A stretch of 64,000 bases of DNA, from assembly GCA_964035545.1 (NCBI GenBank), contig OZ037768.1:20257700-20321699 (forward strand), written 5' to 3'. Positions 59,773 through 64,000 of the stretch are shown here, one piece after another (position 1 is the stretch's first letter; each line of letters starts with the position of its first letter). Both the position numbers and the translations under genes were made by a program. Origin of the DNA: Bugula neritina (lineage: Eukaryota > Animalia > Bryozoa). The notes beneath the pieces were generated by a model. That model saw only the letters and a list, made by a program, of their open reading frames with translations, was not told the DNA's origin and made no database searches.

Positions 59773-62700
59773 ATGGATATGAAGCCTCTGCATGCTGCTG
59801 CAACTGCAGAAGAAGCAAAACAGCTCATAGAATTCCTTGAGCCAAATCAAAGAAGAGATTTCGTGTTGGCAGTTGATGAAAGTCTGTGTACAGCACTTCA
59901 CTGGGCTGTAACCTTTGGAAGAGTTGAGGTGGTCCGGTACCTCTGTGAGTTGTATCCTTCTGGTGATGAATTGATTTTGATGAAAAATAATAAAGGTCTA
60001 ACAGCACTATATTTTGCTAGAAGCAAAGTTATAGCAAAGCTTCTGGTTGATTCAGTGACACCAGAAAATAGAAAAAAATTTGTGTTGGATGTCGATGAAA
60101 ATCAGCAAACAGTCTTGCATGTTGCTGCTTCACTAAATCAAGTTGAGGTGGTCCAGTATCTCTGTGAGTTATTTCAATCTGACGATGAATTGATTTTGAT
60201 GAAAAATAATAACGGGTTTACAGCTCTAGATTTGGCTAGAAGTGAAGTAGTAACAAAGCTTTTGGTTGATGCAGTAGCTCCAGAAAACCAAAAAGAACTT
60301 TTGTTGAATGTCGATGAAGATCAGCGGACAGTCTTACACGCTGCTGTTCTCTCAAACCTAGTCGATGTGGTAGAATATCTTTGTAAGTCTTTTTCATTTG
60401 CTGATGAATTGATAACAAAAAAAGATAGTGCTGGCAGAACTGCTTTACATTATGCAACAAATGAGAAGATTTCAGAGCTCCTGGTTGGCTCAGTTTCACC
60501 AGCAAAACAAAAGCTCTTCATATTATCTGCAGATAATAATTTGTATACAGCTCTACACATGGCAGTCAAGTTTAATCAAGCAAATGTGGTAGCTTATTTG
60601 TGCAGCTGGAGCTCTACTGTAAATAAATTGCTAACAAAGAAAGCCACTGATGGTAGAACGGCCCTGCACTTAGCTGAAAATCAATCAGTTGCAAAAATGC
60701 TTGTAGAGTCAGCCTCGTTTGAAAATAAAGAAAATTTGTTACTTTCTGTGGATAAATATCAATCGACAGCTTTACACATAGCTGTTATTGGTGGTAGAAC
60801 CGATGTAGTGGAGTACCTTTGCAGTTTAGGCTGCAACAAACTAATTTTCTACAAAAATATGTACGGCACAACAGCTCTACATAACGCAGGTAACAAGAAA
60901 ATAGCAAAATTACTCGTAGAGTCAGTTGCAGAAGAAAGCCGAAACAGCTTTATTTTATCGGTTGATGACAATGAGTGTACAGCTCTACATTTGGCTGTGA
61001 CTACTAACAAATTTGATGTGGTGGAGTATCTTTGCAATTTGCCCTCAACTGCTGATGATCTAATACTAAAAAGAGCTTCTGATGGGACAACCGCGTTGCA
61101 TTATGCTAAAAATCGTCATGTTGCTAGCATCCTTGTAGAGGCATTGAGTCCAGAAAAAAGAAATGAATTGCTCTTTTCTTTGAATAAGGATCAAGGAACA
61201 GTCTTACATGTAGCTACTATGCGTGAAAGAACTGATGTTGTAACATATCTCATTGATGCACTAGTAGTTACCGATGAGCTGACATTAATGAAGGATTTTG
61301 AAGGTACAACAGCTTTGCATCATGCATACAATAGAGAAGTAGCCGAACATCTTGTCAAGTCGGTTACTTCAGAACGGCAGATAGATTTGATATTATCTGT
61401 TTCAAAGAATGGGTACACAGCACTGCAGGCGGCTGTTAGTTATGGCAGAGTTGATGTTGTAAAATATCTTTGTGAACTGAGCTCAGACTATGACGATGAA
61501 TTGATATTTAACAAAGGTATAAACGGTGCAACGGCTTTACACATAGCAGAAAATAGAGAAATTGCAGAATTGCTTGTGTCTTCAGTCTCACAGGAGAAAA
61601 AAAGAGATTTTATACTAGCTGTCGGAGAAAACAATCTCACAGCATTGCATACAGCAGTTACAGCTAACAGAATAGATGTGGTAAGATACCTCTGTGGTCT
61701 CTACCCCTATAATGAAGAACTAGCTTTAGTGAAAGCTAGTCAGGGTTTTACTGCATTATGGTTTGCTAAGAACAAGGAAATGGCAGAGATTTTCGTAACA
61801 TCTTTCACGCCAGAAAAGTTTAGAGAGCTTGCTTTCTGTACTGGCGAACGCAAGTGGACAGTGTTGCATATAGCAGCTCTTCAAAACAACATGGGTTTAT
61901 TGAGTTATTTCTGCAACAGTCTCTCATCAATCACTAAAGAGCTAGTTTTTCTAAAGGATAGCAGCGGTCTTACACCACTATGTTATGCTGATAGTGTGGA
62001 AGTAGCAAAACTGCTTATCAAGTCAGCTTCAGGAGAAAAAGAAAAAGATTTTATATTGTCTGATTCGGAGGATAAATCGACTGCCTTGCATTTTGCAGCT
62101 GCACTAGGTAATGTTGATGTTGTAAAACACTTATGTGGGCTTCACAAAGGAGAGCTGCTATTTCAAGTCACAGATAATAAATGGACAGCTTTACACTTGG
62201 CTAAAAACGAAGCCATAGCAAAACTTCTTATAGATTCAGTACCAGAAGCAAAACAAAGAGATTTTGTCATGTTTACAGACGCCAATTATGAATTAACTGC
62301 TTTGCATATTGCATCAGCTGCTGGAAAAGCTGACCTGGTAAAATATTTGTGTAAACTAGACTGTGATGATGGTAGTATTATTGGTGCTCAAACGACAAAT
62401 GGTGCAACAGCTTTACACATTGCAGGCAGCGGCGAGGTTATTGAGGCTACAGTTACCTCAATAAGTTCTCATGTGGTAAAAAACCTTTTGTTACATGAAG
62501 ACAAGAAAGGGAACACACCATTACTGTCATTAGCTGAATATGGTCGCTACAAAGCCTTGGAACATCTTCTTGACTATATGAGGGATATTTATAAGCCTAC
62601 TGAATTGCAGCGTCATCTGACCAAATGTAACAACAAAAAACAAAACATCTTGCATCTTGCTCCTATGTCTATTGTTTACTGTAAGCAGCTCTTTGAAGTT

Positions 62701-63192
62701 ATGGACGATTGTATTGCTATAGAGAACATGATGCACCCTGATGTACACGGTAATACCCCTATATCTTACATTGCTGCCATAAATGAAACTGGTGTGTTTG
62801 CTGCCATTATGCAGCGCCTTCCTCTGTCAAGCAGACAAAACCTTGCAGATATTTCAAACGAACAGCGGACAAGTTGTAGAAAAATTGTTCTCCAAAACAA
62901 AAGTTTTGATGAAAAATATTACATCTGTAAAGTACTGTGTGATTTGGCAAAGCATAAGCTACAGAATAAGTTAAGAAAACTTATGTTCTTTTATGATGAT
63001 GTGGAAAAAAAAATAAACCACTTTAAAGATAATCCAACATATGATGGAAGGCTTTTGAAAATCTTCAAACTTTTTCTGAATGAGTATGAGTTGCTGGGGC
63101 CCGCTCTCACACCCTCGCTCATAACTCGTGCAGACGATGCGCATAAAGCTATGAAATTAGATGATCAGCTTGAGAACAAAGGGGGAATTTCA
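59773..63192 (+). CDS. Large ankyrin-repeat protein (12 tandem units of about 73 aa, each with two ankyrin repeats), probably continuing in further exons
   Basis: Uninterrupted ORF 59665-63201 with repeated TALHxA..VDVVxYLC motifs. Acceptor ttttctAG at 59720, ATG at 59773. The GTAAGT donor at 63193 just before the stop suggests splicing to downstream exons. Confidence 0.88.
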
Positions 63193-64000
63193 GTAAGTTA
63201 ATCTTTCTATAGTAGTTAGACTCTCTACTTTCTATATTTTTATGCTAAAGAGGAATCATGCCATTTCTGCTTTAAATAATAATCAAAATACCAGGCTGCA
63301 TTTCAGTTTATCCTAATGTTCAATATGTTTACTCACATTATCTATCAAACTCATTAAAATCACATTAATGCAGAAATTACTTTCTAATAACTTGTGATTT
63401 ACTTGATTTTCATTTCGGCCCTTTTTAAAAAATGTCATAGCACAAATTGAATGGCATATCAATCATAGTAAAAGCAATAAAGATGCAAAATCACTTGGCA
63501 AAAACTCACTCATGTATGAGACACAAAATATTTGACGTCATGGTTTACATGCGCAATCTAAAGTACTTTGTAAAACAGGAAATGACTTTGTACGTCTACA
63601 GTTCCAAGTCTATGGGCACACTGCATGTTATAACATTGGCATATAACAACCAAAAGGAAGTCCTGAAGGAAAGGGACAGTTGCACACAGAGAAGATAATA
63701 TTTCCATAAAACGTAGCAGTAAACTTAAATATAAAATTAGCTTTAAAAAACTACTATATGTAGCTGTATTGCTGTAGCAGTTTTACTTATTTATTTTAGC
63801 AGAATTTGCTATTTTATATCGTAAATTGTTTCCAAAAATTTCCAAAAGAACCAATAAGCAAGCAATGATAACACAATGCTTAGTTCCATTTTGTTGCTAA
63901 GAAATTGCTGTGTACTTCTAAAAGAAACTTAGTGACCAAAGGCTCATCGAAAATCATAGTTTCTGCTAATAATTTACTACATCTATTGATTTACACTTGT

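Overview
AT-rich invertebrate animal genomic DNA with spliceosomal GT-AG introns; the species cannot be determined from the window. It contains five protein-coding genes. (1) The 3' part of NALCN (sodium leak channel, + strand, 3300-27570; most of domain I lies upstream). It has two mutually exclusive domain II pore exons, one with Glu and one with Lys at the filter. (2) A SKA3-like kinetochore gene (+, 30847-36123). (3) A rabphilin-like Rab effector (+, 38754-53334) with eroded C2 Ca2+ ligands. (4) An unrecognised secreted precursor (-, 56027-58534): signal peptide, acidic repeat pro-region, KR site, 6-Cys mature domain. (5) A large ankyrin-repeat exon (+, 59773-63192). Mobile DNA: a young BEL/Pao LTR element antisense in a rabphilin intron (identical 452-bp LTRs, ATGAC TSD) that lacks RT and the integrase core; five copies of a tRNA-derived SINE, one split by a MITE; and an Academ-like relic with a nested RTE-LINE fragment. 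Many introns carry minisatellites next to splice sites. Most striking observation: the BEL/Pao element has no tRNA primer-binding site, but splicing a canonical 130-nt intron inside its LTR creates a junction that is 15/15 complementary to the first 15 nt after the 5' LTR. This suggests splicing-dependent self-priming of reverse transcription. All exon boundaries were read by eye and are not transcript-validated.
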